DNA of 64,000 nt from assembly GCF_001194135.2 (NCBI RefSeq), contig NC_068983.1, forward strand, positions 73,391,922 to 73,455,921. The letters are read 5' to 3'. Of the stretch, positions 12,430-24,592 are shown one piece after another (positions within the stretch are counted from its first letter, which is position 1; each line of letters opens with the position of its first letter). The notes beneath the pieces are model-generated. The model was not told the DNA's origin, searched no databases, and saw only the letters and a list, made by a program, of their open reading frames with translations. This stretch comes from Octopus bimaculoides (taxonomy: Eukaryota). Position numbers and translations under genes: made by a program.

Positions 12430-12813
12430 CTCTTTTACTTGTTTCAGTCATTTGACTGTGGCCATGCTGGAGCACCGCTTTTAGTCGAGCAAATCGACCC
12501 CAGGACTTATTCTTTGGAAGCCTAGTACTTATTCTATCTTTCTATTTTGCCGAACCGCTAAGTTACGGAGACGTAAATACACCAGCATCGGTTGTCAAGC
12601 GATGTTGGGGGACACAAACATACACACACACATATATATTTACATATATACGACGGGCTTCTTTCAGTTTTCCGTCTACCAAATCCACTCACAAGGCTTT
12701 GTCGGCCCGAGACTATAGTAGAAGACACTTGCCCAAGGTGCCACGCAGTGGGAATGAACCCAGAACCATGTGGTTGGTAAGCAAGCTACTTACCACACAG
12801 CCACTCCTGCGCC
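12430..12813 (-). mobile_element. SINE family A, full length
   Basis: Reverse complement of 5727-6123. Confidence 0.85.
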
Positions 12814-13026
12814 TATATAAATACATATATGTATCCTCGTTTAGTGCTGACTGTCAGAAGAAAAAGTACATAATACCATTGTAGAGATGAATATATTTTT
12901 CTTTTGGTCGATTCAATCTCTTGTTACTCTGGAGATTCAACTAAGTGTTCATGGGATCGTCAAGCAAGTTATGACCTGCCTGATGACCACGTGAACGCAC
13001 AGGTAAAACTCCAGGGTATATATATA

Positions 13027-13830
13027 TTGGGTTTAAGATAAATTCGTTCGTTTTTTTTTCTCCCCTTTTTTTAACTCTAATTTTTCATCTACAATTTTAA
13101 TAAATTAATAAATAACATATTCCCATTTATTGTTCACGACATCATGCTAATGTTCGACTAGCTTGTTAATGTCTTGACGGTCGAAATCACTGGGTCTAGG
13201 CACAAAGAACTCATCAAGCTATATATTTAGCTCTACGTTGTTGCTGACGGAAACGCCTAGCAGACTGTTGGACAGCACCGAAAAAGATGATAATCTGTCT
13301 CTTTCGTTCAGAACGTGTGCCACCCAAGTACCAAATTATTGTATCTTACCAATCGAGTAAAGTTGACGGACGAAGAATATTTCATCTGATTGGCCAATTC
13401 CCAAGTAGACAGGTGTGGATCCTCGTGGATGAGCTCGTTCAATCGATCATCATCGAACTGAACAGGTCAGCCAGAGAGTCTGTGGAGAGTCTGTGAGGTC
13501 AAATTTTCCCATTCCTTGAAGTGTGAAAACTGTTTCTGTGCAGTTCTTTCTGTAACAGTGCTTTCTTCGAACACAACGCAATTGTGACAGCTTTGGAAAC
13601 TTGATTGAAAGCGAAGAGAAGCAGACACCGAAAATCCTCATTTTTTTTTTTGTTATTGGTACTCCTTTTGTCATTTTCCTGAAAGGAAGCAAAATTGATT
13701 CAAATTTTAAAAGCGATAAACTGAAGTTACAGAGTAACTATGGAGTTAAAATAATTAGTACGATAAAACTATTTTCGTACTCAAATAGCTTTGGTAAAAA
13801 GAAAACGAACGAATTTGTCTGACAACCCAA
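13027..13830 (-). mobile_element. Internally deleted mariner (Tc1/mariner) transposon
   Basis: TIRs TTGGGTT..AGA(T/C)AAATTCGTTCGTTTT at both ends with TA on the left. Minus-strand remnants read FDDDRLNELIHEDP, WVAHVLNE (WVPHEL motif) and DINKLVEH*HDVVNNKWEY. No DD34D core is left. Confidence 0.8.
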
Positions 13831-14089
13831 CATTACTATATATAAATATATACACAGATACACAACATACATGCACACACTCAATACAAGCACTCAAAGG
13901 TGCTTGGATAAGATTATTTACTAAAATAGATTTACAAAGCAGAAACATAGAATTTCATAATAATGTTTCCCAAGCTAAAATACCACATTTATGGGGTATT
14001 TAACAATATGACAGGTGAACAGGTCTATTATTGCTCATAAAATGATGCAGAAAAATCTCGCCTAGTAATATCCATTATTACGCTACGTT

Positions 14090-14298
14090 AAGGCGGCGAG
14101 CTAGCAGAATTGTTAGAGCGCCGGGCGAAATGCTTAGTTACCTGTCGCTACGTTCTGAGTTCAAATTTCGTCGAGGTCGACTTTGCCTTTCATCCTTTCG
14201 GAGTCGATAAATTAAGTACCAGTTGAGTACTGGGGTCGACGTAATCGATTATCCACCTCCCCCAAATTTCAGGCCTTGTGCTTATAGAAGAAAGGATT
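14090..14298 (+). mobile_element. tRNA-derived SINE, family B (AAGGCGGCGAGCTGGCAGAA head)
   Basis: B-box GAGTTCAAATT and conserved GTCGACTTTGCCTTTCATCCTTTC..GTCGATAAATTAAGTACCAG core; more than 15 copies in the window. Confidence 0.85.
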
Positions 14299-14465
14299 AC
14301 TACGCTATGTTAGAAGATGGTGTGGATTCGCAGAATTGTTTCGGATAAAGAATGCAGCCTGGTGATGAGTTTAATGTGGAAGAATTTGCTGCTAAATGGC
14401 AAAACAGTTCGAGATTGAAGAATATTGGCGCAACTTTTCAGAAGTGAGAAAAAAGTTCTGTACAA

Positions 14466-14831
14466 TGTTGTTGGCATTCCGTCGCTTACGACATCGAGGG
14501 TTCCAGTTGATCCGATCAACGGAACAACCTGCTCGTGAAATTAACGTGCAAGTGGCTGAGTACTCCACAGACACGTGTACCTTTAACGTATTTCTCGGGG
14601 ATATTCAGCGTGACAAGGCTGACCTTTTGAATTACAGGCACAACAGAAACAGGAAGTAAGAGTGAGAGAAAGTTGTGGTGAAAGAGTACAGCAGGGTTCG
14701 CCACCATCCCCTGCCGGAGCCTCGTGGAGCTTTAGGTGTTTTCGCTCAATAAACACTCACAATGCCCGGTCTGGGAATCGAAACCGCGAACCTATGACCG
14801 CTGCCCTAACCACTGGGCCATTGCGCCTCCA
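14466..14831 (-). mobile_element. tRNA-derived SINE, family C, near full length
   Basis: Reverse complement gives head TGGAGGCGCAATGGCCCAGTGGTTAGGGCAGCG...GGTTTCGATTCCCAGACC and a CAACAACA tail. Confidence 0.75.
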
Positions 14832-15326
14832 CTCTGTACAATACTACTGAGCTAAAGAACTACTTGGTAAGTTTAGAAAGCTACCGTTCCACTATTTAGT
14901 TATGTCGCTTTATGTTCTGGGTTCAAATAAGCTGTAAATTGGTAGAGTCGTTCGTTAGTGAATTGGAGAGAATATCTCGCGGTATACATCCCGACACGCT
15001 GCACTCTGAGTTCAATCCCTGCTGAGGTCGACTTTACCTTTTATCCTTTCGGGCTTGATTAAAAGAAATATGCCAATAAAATGTGGTGCATTGCCAGAGC
15101 TATGTATATGCACCCATATGTGCAATCCTGGGAAAGGTTTTTATGAGGATGAAAATCATTTGCCCATGCATGCGAAACACCCCTCTTTATACTACCGATG
15201 TTATCCAACCGAGAAGCCGCTTTAGAGTCAATATAGGGCTTGGTACTGCGTCATTGCGGGCGTTGCTGTCAGAACGAAAGAATCGAAACATCCTTCCTGA
15301 GTAGTAATGATTATTCTTTTATTAAT

Positions 15327-15507
15327 TCTTTTATTCATTTGACTGTGGCCGTGCTGGAGCCCCGCCTTGGAGGGTTTTAGTCGAACAAAGCGACCCCAGG
15401 AGTTATTTTTTAAATCTTGGTACTTATTCTGTCGGTCTCCATCGCCGAACCGCTAAGTTACGGGGACGTAAATACACCAACACCTGTTGTCAATCAGTGA
15501 TGGGGGA

Positions 15508-15511
<4 letters not shown>
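15327..15511 (-). mobile_element. SINE family A, 3' half
   Basis: Matches 5930-6120 in reverse complement; runs into (CA)n and a gap. Confidence 0.8.
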
Positions 15512-15587
<76 letters not shown>

Positions 15588-17171
15588 NNNNNNNNNNNNN
15601 NNNNNNNNNNNNNNNNNNNNNNNNNNNNNNNNNNNNNNNNNNNNNNNNNNNNNNNNNNNNNNNNNNNNNNNNNNNNNNNNNNNNNNNNNNNNNNNNNNNN
15701 NNNNNNNNNNNNNNNNNNNNNNNNNNNNNNNNNNNNNNNNNNNNNNNNNNNNNNNNNNNNNNNNNNNNNNNNNNNNNNNNNNNNNNNNNNNNNNNNNNNN
15801 NNNNNNNNNNNNNNNNNNNNNNNNNNNNNNNNNNNNNNNNNNNNNNNNNNNNNNNNNNNNNNNNNNNNNNNNNNNNNNNNNNNNNNNNNNNNNNNNNNNN
15901 NNNNNNNNNNNNNNNNNNNNNNNNNNNNNNNNNNNNNNNNNNNNNNNNNNNNNNNNNNNNNNNNNNNNNNNNNNNNNNNNNNNNNNNNNNNNNNNNNNNN
16001 NNNNNNNNNNNNNNNNNNNNNNNNNNNNNNNNNNNNNNNNNNNNNNNNNNNNNNNNNNNNNNNNNNNNNNNNNNNNNNNNNNNTAAGTACCAGTAGCGTA
16101 CTGAGGTCGATGTAATCGACTGGCCTCCTTCCATAAAATTTTGGGCCTTGTGCCTAGAGTAGAAAAGAATATTTTTTATTACAAATGATCTTGACATTCT
16201 TTTTACTTTACAATCTGTTGTTGTTTTATCGCCATTTATTTACGATTTTTATAAATTTTGTCGGTAAAATAGATTTTGGGGAACGAATTACGATTTATAA
16301 CATAGCTACTATGAGGAATTATTGCTCTGCTTTACGAGTTTTCGTTTTATGAGCAGCCTGTTGCAGTGTAACCTGAATATAATGTTTTCCCCTATACTTT
16401 TAGTTATATTTTTAGTTCAGATGTGCCGCCGAATTTTGAAAAGAATCTAAGTGTACCGCAACTGAAAAACTACGAGCTTATGATAAAGCCAGTACATGGT
16501 CATACAGCCTATGAGAAACAGTAGCTGATTATGTGACAAATCAGTACCTACCATCTACAAGAAAAGAAGGATACATTAGATAGTGTAGTCTTAGACACAC
16601 AAAATAGCTGGAAAAAAAAAAGATGAAATGTTTGCGGTTGGAATGTTTGCGGTTGGAATACGGTCGATGAAGACTAACTTGGGGTTTAACACTAAGAACC
16701 TCTACAACAGCAGTAGCAGAAGCAACAACATTATCGAAGGACTAACAATGTTATGGCTTCAGAACTTCCTCTGCTGTTAGATAATATCTAATGACATCAA
16801 ACAAGATTAAGCAGAAACTTGCTTAGGTATTTATCTTGGTATCTCATTGCGCAGTTGGTCTGTCAGATAACCTGTCTACTTAAGATATATCAGAAGTGTT
16901 AGGAGTTTTAACGAGCTTTCATCGTCACCAATACAATCACCTCTGAATTATTTCCCTTAACTCACTCAAATTACTGCTTGCCTAAAATATTTGTAGCCCC
17001 TCGCCCACTTAAAAAAAAAATTATTGTTTACTGTTCAGGTGGGTTCTTACTGACTATTCTGCGCTGTATCAAACCAGAGACCATAAGCTTGTTATTATTG
17101 TTGTTGCTGCTGTTGTTGCTGCTACTGCTATTGTTGTTGTTGTTGTTGTTATTATTATTATTATTATTATT

Positions 17172-17310
17172 AAGGCGGCGAGCTGACAGAACTGTTAGCA
17201 CGACTTTGCCTTTCACCCTTTCAGGGTCGATAAATTAAGTACCAGTGAGACACTGGGTTGATGTAATCGTCTAGTCCCCTCCTCCACAATTTCAGGCCTT
17301 GTGCCTATAA

Positions 17311-17343
<33 letters not shown>

Positions 17344-17551
17344 GGCGGCGAGATGACAGAAACGTTAGCACCCGGGACGAAATGCTTAGCGGTATTTCGC
17401 CCGTTGCTACATTCTTAGTTCAAATTCTGTCGACGTCGACATTGCTTTTCATCCTTTGAGGTCGATAAATTAAGCACTAGTGAAACATTGGGGTTGATGA
17501 AATCGACTTATCCCCTCCCCCAAAATTTCAAGCCTTGTGCCTTTAATAGAA
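17172..17551 (+). mobile_element. Two tandem family B SINEs embedded in (TTA)n
   Basis: Heads at 17172 and 17342, each preceded by (TTA)n; the first copy has an internal deletion. Confidence 0.85.
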
Positions 17552-17589
17552 ATGATGATGATGATGATGATCATCATCATCATCACTAT

Positions 17590-18905
17590 TGTTTTTTTAC
17601 TTTTAATCTGCATGTTTGTTACAATCACTTGCCGAGGCACATCCTAGGGCGAGTGAAGGATAAGAGATGTTACAGTATGACTGAAAGTTTGGGGAGGGGA
17701 AGTGGCAGGGGTAGTAGTGAAATATCTTCATGTAATACAACACATACATTTAAATTGATAGGGTTTTTCTAAGGATGTGGGCAGTGCTTGTCAGCACAAT
17801 CTTTTGGATTTCTCTGAGATATGGTTCTCCTGAGATCTTATCTAGATGTTTCAGACATCCATTTAAAAAAAATCATACCTAAGGTGCCTACAATAACAGA
17901 CACAGTTCTCGCTTTAAGATGCCGCATCTTTTGTATTTCAATTTCCAAGTCCTTATATTTACTTATTTTGTCAAATTCCTTTACAGATATATTTTTATCA
18001 GTGGGAAGACTTACATCTATTAGTCTACAAATATTTCTTTCCATGTTATTAATAATTATGTCTGGTTGATTAGCCTGGATCGTTCTATCAGTATTGAGTG
18101 AAAAATCCCTGAGGATAGTGACATTTTAACCTTCAACGACTGGCTCAGGAGGATGTTCATACCAGTAAGCAGGAGTGCTGATTCTGTAGTGTTACATATT
18201 TTCCAATGTAAATACTGTCCTACCCTATAGTGGCGATTTTGTATTCGTTTGGTGTCAGCACAGCACATCCCGTGACGAGATGGTCTATTGTTTCATCAAA
18301 TTTATCGCAGAATCTGCATTTAGGATCAGAACCGTTTTGAAGAACGCCAGCCTAGCAGTTTTTGGTAAGAAAACTTTGATCGTGTGCTTCCAATATGAAA
18401 CCTTCAGGCTCTACTTTCAGTCCTGAACTTCTCAGCCCTTGATGGGTTGTTACTTGGTCTACATCAGCATTTTGACTTCGAGGTAAACACTGTCCATGCA
18501 GAGGCTTCTGGCTCCATCGCTCCTCAATTTATTACTGTCCGTTCTTTTTTGCAGTCTACTTGATCCATTTTGCGTGTTTTGTGGCAATGGTTTCAGATTC
18601 TTCATCAATTTCAAAGTTAATGTCAAGTTCCCTTGCGAATTTGCAAGCTTCCTTGACAATGGAATGTGATTTTTTTGCTGCTTTCGTGTTTGCACACAAG
18701 CTGAAGCATCCAGTCCTCTGTACTAGATAAGTACTTGTTCATTGCTATTGTGGAGGTCTTATAGCACAGTTCTACCTGCATCATACTTCTTCCCCCATTA
18801 CTTCTAGGTAGGTACAAACGATCAACATTTGCTTTTGGGTGGTGAATGTTCTTATATGTTAGTAGTTTTCTTGTCTTCTTGACCAGGCATCGGAGCTCTG
18901 TAAGA
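17590..18905 (-). mobile_element. R4/Dong-clade RLE non-LTR retrotransposon, 3' part (RT thumb, CCHC knuckle, restriction-like endonuclease, 3' UTR), degenerate
   Basis: Minus-strand motifs: KKTRKLLT..HHPKANVDRLYLPRSNGGR; WLRSSGLKVEPEGF; CRFC..ETIDHLVTGC (18265-18318); RHYRVGQYLHWKIC; QPDIII..CRLIDVSLP..KYKDL; EIQKIVLTSTAHILRKTLSI* (stop 17750-17752). Confidence 0.9.
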
Positions 18906-18909
18906 TCTG

Positions 18910-19640
18910 TAAGAAATAAGGGAAATGACCTAACAACCTTAAATAACCTCATCTGTTCCCCTGTTAAAGTTGAAACTGCTCACTTAGGTATCAGGACGAC
19001 ACGGAAAAGGACCAACCATGTCAATAGATCTTCTAAGTGGAAAGTAGCACTACAAAAAGAGATCGAATCTTTGCAGGCGGAGTTAGATGAACTTGCGAGA
19101 GGAGTAAATGTTAAGACGTAAACCCTGCAACCAAGGAAATAGTGAAACAGCGTATAAAGCTGAAAGCCCAACGGCTTAGAAGGTATGATAAAAAAATAAA
19201 TCTTATCCACAAAACAAGACGGATGCAAAGAAATTTTATAGGGAAATTGGTAAACGTAAGATAGAAGTAAAGAAGCTACCTTAGACTAAGGAAATGGAAG
19301 AGTTCTGGAAGAAGAAATGAAGCAACAAAAAAGAATATAATGCTGAAGCTGACTGGATAGAGCATGAGAAAGTGAGACTGAAGTTGAAAAGCAGAATTGG
19401 GAGACAATAGAAGTAGAAGAGTTAAGATGTGTTCTTAGGAATTCTCACAAATGCAAAACCCCAGGACTGGACTGAATTTCTAACTTCTGACTGAATTGTT
19501 TAACAGAAGTACACCAAAATTTCGTTGCATCTCTAATTGATATCATCCAGAACCCAACGTAAATACCTGTTTGGTTGACTGAAGGGACAACATACCTTCT
19601 ACCAAAAACTGAAGAGACAAAATATTCAAAGAACTCAGGA
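18910..19640 (+). mobile_element. R4/Dong-clade LINE, 5' part (N-terminal region to RT domain 1), inverted relative to the 3' part
   Basis: Plus-strand motifs: LTTLNNLI..HLGIR; KWKVALQKEIESL; KAQRLRRY; AKKFYREI; EEFWK; KTPGLD*ISNF*L; IPVWLTEGTTYLLPK..SKN. Confidence 0.8.
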
Positions 19641-19714
19641 GCTCATGGCTTCAAAACATAGCATAGAACTCTTAAATGTTTGTTAATGTTTATTTCTCAT
19701 GTAAATACCCAAAC

Positions 19715-20392
19715 ATTGGCTTCAAATTTTTGTACAAGACCAGCAATTTCGGGGAAATGGAGTTAATACTTTGCAACGATCCCAGCGCTTAACTGGTACT
19801 TATTTTATCGACCCCCAAGTGAATGAAAGAGAAAGTCAATTACGGTGGAATTTGAACTTAGAACGTAAGGGTTGGAAGAAATGCCGCTAAGCATTTTGTC
19901 CAGCATGCTAATGAGTCTGCTAACTCGCCGCCTTTTACTACCTGATTTCGAATTGTGGCACAAGGCCAGCAATTTCGGAGGAGGGATGTAAGTCGATTAC
20001 ATCAACCCCCAGCACTCAACAAATAATTTATTTCATCGACTCCGGAACGATGAAAAGCAAAGTCAACCTCGGCAGAATTTGAACTCAGAACATAAAAGAG
20101 AGATCAAATGCCGCTAAGTATTTTGTCAGGTGTACCAGCGCTTCTGCCAGGTCGCCGCGTTTTACTACCCAAATATTCCTTTCTATTATAGGCACAAGGC
20201 CTGAAATTTTGGGGGAGGACGCTAGTTAATTACATTGACCCAAGTGTTTAACTGGTACTTATTCTATTGACCCCGAAACGGATGAAAGGCAAAGTCAACC
20301 TCAGCGGAATTAGAACTCAGAACGTAAAGCCGGACGAAAAGTCGCTAAGCATTTTGCCCGGCGTGCTAACGATTCTGCTAGCTCGTCATCTT
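19715..20392 (-). mobile_element. Three head-to-tail family B SINEs
   Basis: Three reverse-complement copies (about 19715-19932, 19945-20158, 20178-20392) separated by repeats of one target motif. Confidence 0.8.
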
Positions 20393-21025
20393 TTACAACC
20401 CAAATATTAATTATGTTTACTTCATCCCCTAGTTTCTCTCTCTTTTTTTTTTGTATTTTCTTACGTAAACATTCTCCTTTTATTCAGCTTTCTAGTAATA
20501 GTTTGATTGCGATAGTGAGCTATGATAGAAATTTACTTTATTCCGAATATTCATATAATCGAAAATGAAATAACATTTGGAAACAAAAAAGAAAAAAAAA
20601 AGGTGGGGTGCAGAAAATAAATCGCATGTAAAAGAAAATTAGAAAAATAAGGAAATGCCATTGGATGTGCATGTTACAAAAATATATATAATATAATATA
20701 AAGACGACAGCAGTGAGGGTTGTTGAACCATAAATATAGAAGAGTGAGTGAAGGAATTACGAGTCATTGGGTTAAATGTTGAGGAAGTACTTCCGTTTCT
20801 GAATTACCGGTTTTAGAATATGAAAGAAAAGACAAGAAGGTTCTTGAAATGTTTGAAATAATTATTATGTTTTAGAGGGAGGATGTTATGAAAACTTAAA
20901 CGAAAATAAAAGTAAAATGTAAGATTAAAAAAAAAAAAAGGGNNNNNNNNNNNNNNNNNNNNNNNNNNNNNNCCTTCCTATATAGAAGATGTGTAAAAAA
21001 ATTATTATCCTTTGAAAGTCAACCG

Positions 21026-21065
<40 letters not shown>

Positions 21066-21599
21066 CACCATGCACACATGCACATACACACACATGCACA
21101 CAAATATTCCTAGTGAGTGTATGTCCTACACGATATTCGTACTATATTATTTACTAGCAGTAAGTACTTGATGTTTGATGCAAGATCTGACAACGCGAAG
21201 CCCCTTAAGGTCACTTAATTTGCTAAAGATAGTTATCAACAAAACTTCCTCATGTTACACCCCGTCGCCCTCCAGCTAACAACGTGGTCGATCGACCAAC
21301 TAAAAATAGTATCTAAAATACCCCTGAAATCACCTCCACTCCATCCTCTTTAAAAAATGGACAAATCAAATAACGTAACCGCGGATTTTCCGTCTGCAGG
21401 AAAGACGGGATAATGACAGCGTATAATGATTCTGATAATAGAACTGTTAGTTCAGGGTTGACCTTGGGCTAAACAATAACCACGAAGGAGTGTTTATGAG
21501 GCCGCTCGATCTGTTAGAAATTACGACCAAAACACCGTCAAATGACACCCGTTTCAGCTTAGAAAAGAGCCATTAGATAATATGTGCCTAGGTTTCCTT

Positions 21600-22198
21600 A
21601 GCTTACCAACCATATGGTTCCGGGTTCATTCCCACTGCGTGGCAATTTGGGCAAGTGTCTTCTACTATAGCCTCGGGCCGACCAAAGCCTTGTGAGTGGA
21701 TTTGGTAGACGGAAACTGAAAGAAGCCCGTCGTATATATGTATATATATATATGTGTATATGTATGTGTGTGTATATGTTTGTGTGTCTGTGTTTGTCCC
21801 CCCAACATCGCTTGATAACCGATGGTGGTGTGTTTACGTCCCCGTAACTTAGCGGTTCGGCAAAAAGAGACCGATAGAATAAGTACTAGGCTTCAAAAAG
21901 AATAAGTCCTNNNNNNNNNNAGACGGAAACTGAAAGAAGCCCGTCGTATATATGTATATATATATATGTGTATATGTATGTGTGTGTATATGTTTGTGTG
22001 TCTGTGTTTGTCCCCCCAACATCGCTTGATAACCGATGGTGGTGTGTTTACGTCCCCGTAACTTAGCGGTTCGGCAAAAAGAGACCGATAGAATAAGTAC
22101 TAGGCTTCAAAAAGAATAAGTCCTGGGGTTGATTTGCTCGACTAAAAAGGCGGTGCTCCAGCATGGCCACAGTCAAATGACTGAAACAAGTAAAAGAG
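21600..22198 (+). mobile_element. SINE family A (with an artefactual internal duplication across a 10-N gap)
   Basis: Matches 5750-6123; 21707-21910 is repeated exactly at 21921-22124. Confidence 0.85.
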
Positions 22199-22559
22199 TA
22201 AGGAGTAAAGAGTATAGGAAAAAGGCAGGATAGTCACAGCTGGAAGGATTTTGATCAAACTTATGAAGGCTGACTTAGGGCTAAACCTTCATTGTTCTGT
22301 GAATCCTTAAAAAGCATCCGTAAGAGCTGAAACTGATACACCTAAATAGACACACCTGATTACAAAGTTCTACATGCATGACTAAATTCTGAACAATAAC
22401 ACAGTTCCAAATTTGATCAATAAAGAAATCTTCCATAATATTTTAACATCTAAACTTACCCTACAACCTAATTATCCTTCAACAGAGCTCCACTAGCCTC
22501 AACATAATTAAACTTAATAGAGATTATATTTAAAAAACTAAGATGAACTCAAATGTCCC

Positions 22560-22604
22560 ACAGTCTGATGAAGGCTAAGCTGGCTGAACGTTCGAAGTTA
22601 CTGT
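22560..22604 (+). ncRNA. Type I hammerhead ribozyme-like motif
   Basis: Perfect stem I ACAGT/ACTGT, intact CTGATGA, short stem II, GAAC (GAAA mutated), stem III remnant TTCGAAGT, GTT cleavage triplet. Confidence 0.6.
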
Positions 22605-22789
22605 CAATACTATTCTTGTCAAAGAATATTAGATATGTACGCTACAAAAGTAGTGAGTAATCCTTCAGTTTAACGTAAAATTGTTTTTAGTATAACTCGA
22701 TATAAAAACAAAAATTAATATATATTATGTGTGTGTGTGTGTGTATGTGTGTGTGTGTGATAGATCGAAAGATAGGTAGACAGACACGC

Positions 22790-22836
<47 letters not shown>

Positions 22837-23289
22837 TAGATAGAAATGTACTGCTTTATTTTTTACTTCCCCACCTGCAGCGTAATAGAAATGTCTGATC
22901 TATGCGGTGGGATCATTAGTATTGAAAGTAATATAAAACAGTGGTTAATGTGTTATATAAAACAGCAACGGAAAGTTACATGAAACAGAAATACATGGAG
23001 TTAAAATATATTTCAAATTGTCAAAATTGATAAGAGCAAGATACATAAATACGTTCGCAGAAATGCATTATACAAATGTTCATGTCTTAATGTGCATTTA
23101 ATAATTCATGTGTAGAAAATGGATTTTGTGAATTACAATTCCTTAGAACTTTATGTATAAGGAAAGAAAATACACATACTTTTGATTTATTACTTTACAG
23201 CTCGTATTGCGTTTAGATGAATGAGTGTTCCATATGAAGTAGAGATTCTAATACTGCAACGGAGGTCTTAGGATGAGTTAGAGAAAGCT

Positions 23290-23455
23290 GCGTATGTTGC
23301 AATGGCTCATAACTACAAGCTGAGCAAGGTGCAATGATTTGTAGTCTGTACCAGCAGTGTGCATTGCAATGGTTTGTAAACCGTAAGCTGCAATTGCTTG
23401 TGGCTTGTAGCTGTAGTGTAAGCTGCAGTGGCTTGTAACTATCAGCTGTATAAAC
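23290..23455. repeat. Degenerate minisatellite, core GCA(A/G)TGGYTTGTAA
   Basis: About 5-6 imperfect units are visible. Confidence 0.5.
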
Positions 23456-24319
23456 AATAAATGCTTTTGGCATGTAACTATAGCATATCCGTTTGAATTC
23501 GTTTGCACTGTGCTCAGAACGAATGATGTATGAGCTGTAAAATTCTAATCAAGCTGTGTTTTTTTAGCAACTGGCTGCTTAGACGGTTACTGTTATGATT
23601 ACTGTTAGCAAAAGGGCTATTATGAGCTGGCGGTAAAAGCTCGAATAATGAATAACTTACTTCACTAGTAACATATCTGTCAGTCTGTGTAAAAGCATTT
23701 TTCTTTTATAATACATATTAGAACTGTCTATTGTTCAGATGAGGCCCCCTCCTGAGCGAATAACTTACTTCTTTGTTTAAAAATAATATACAGTTCTATA
23801 TTTAAGAGATGGGGAATAACAACAAACAAGATGAGGACAAATATTCGTCGAATATAAATAATGTAAATAATGTAAGTAATAAAAATAATATATATCTGTC
23901 AAGTCATGTTCAAATCTTAAAACAAGTAGTTTGGCGTTAAATACTTCAAACATCTTCACGAACAAATTAAGTAGCTAGCAACGGAAGGTTTACCAACGTA
24001 TATAGCTGTTGCTAATAATGCTGATATATGTCAGTTACTGAAAATGGCGAGGCAGTTGATTTTAGTACATATTAACAAGTAGTTAAACGTTGGAGTCGCC
24101 AGTTTAACAACTTTGAAAAAGGAAAAGCATNNNNNNNNNNNNNNNNNNNNNNNNNNNNNNNNNNNNNNNNNNNNNNNNNNNNNNNNNNNNNNNNNNNNNN
24201 NNNNNNNNNNNNNNNNNNNNNNNNNNNNNNNNNNNNNNNNNNNNNNNNNNNNNNNNNNNNNNNNNNNNNNNNNNNNNNNNNNNNNNNNNATATATATATA
24301 AATAAAGTAAAAGCAGCTC

Positions 24320-24592
24320 GCATCTTTTCAATTTCAGTCACAGATTTTTTAATTATTTTTTTTTTTTTTTAACTAAACAGTTTGAAACTTCGGATACTGG
24401 TTGGATGTGGCACGTAGAACACGGTTTACTCTTAACGTTTTTGACAAAATTTTATATTTTAGAAGTTATTTCGTGTTAAAGTTGTCGTATTTGGGTAATT
24501 TTAACCAATCAATGACGTGTATTCAGCTGAAGAAAGTTACTGCTGTTTGCGAAAGTGATGGAAGAGCAACAACTTCCGGGTCATCGGGTCAT
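24320..24592 (+). mobile_element. Unclassified ~270-bp element (older subfamily), left arm of an inverted pair
   Basis: Reverse complement of 25180-25439; shares the GTTAAAGTTGTCGTATTT...AACCAATCA.TGACGT core and ATCTTTT terminus with 45431-45742. Confidence 0.8.

Noticed and set aside
12970-13008. ACCTG-CTGATGA-CCACGT-GAAC..CAGGT as a hammerhead
   Set aside because: No real stem II or stem III and GAAA is broken; indistinguishable from chance.
21707-22124. Exact 204-bp tandem duplication inside a SINE
   Set aside because: Identical copies on either side of a 10-N gap are a typical unmerged contig-overlap artefact.
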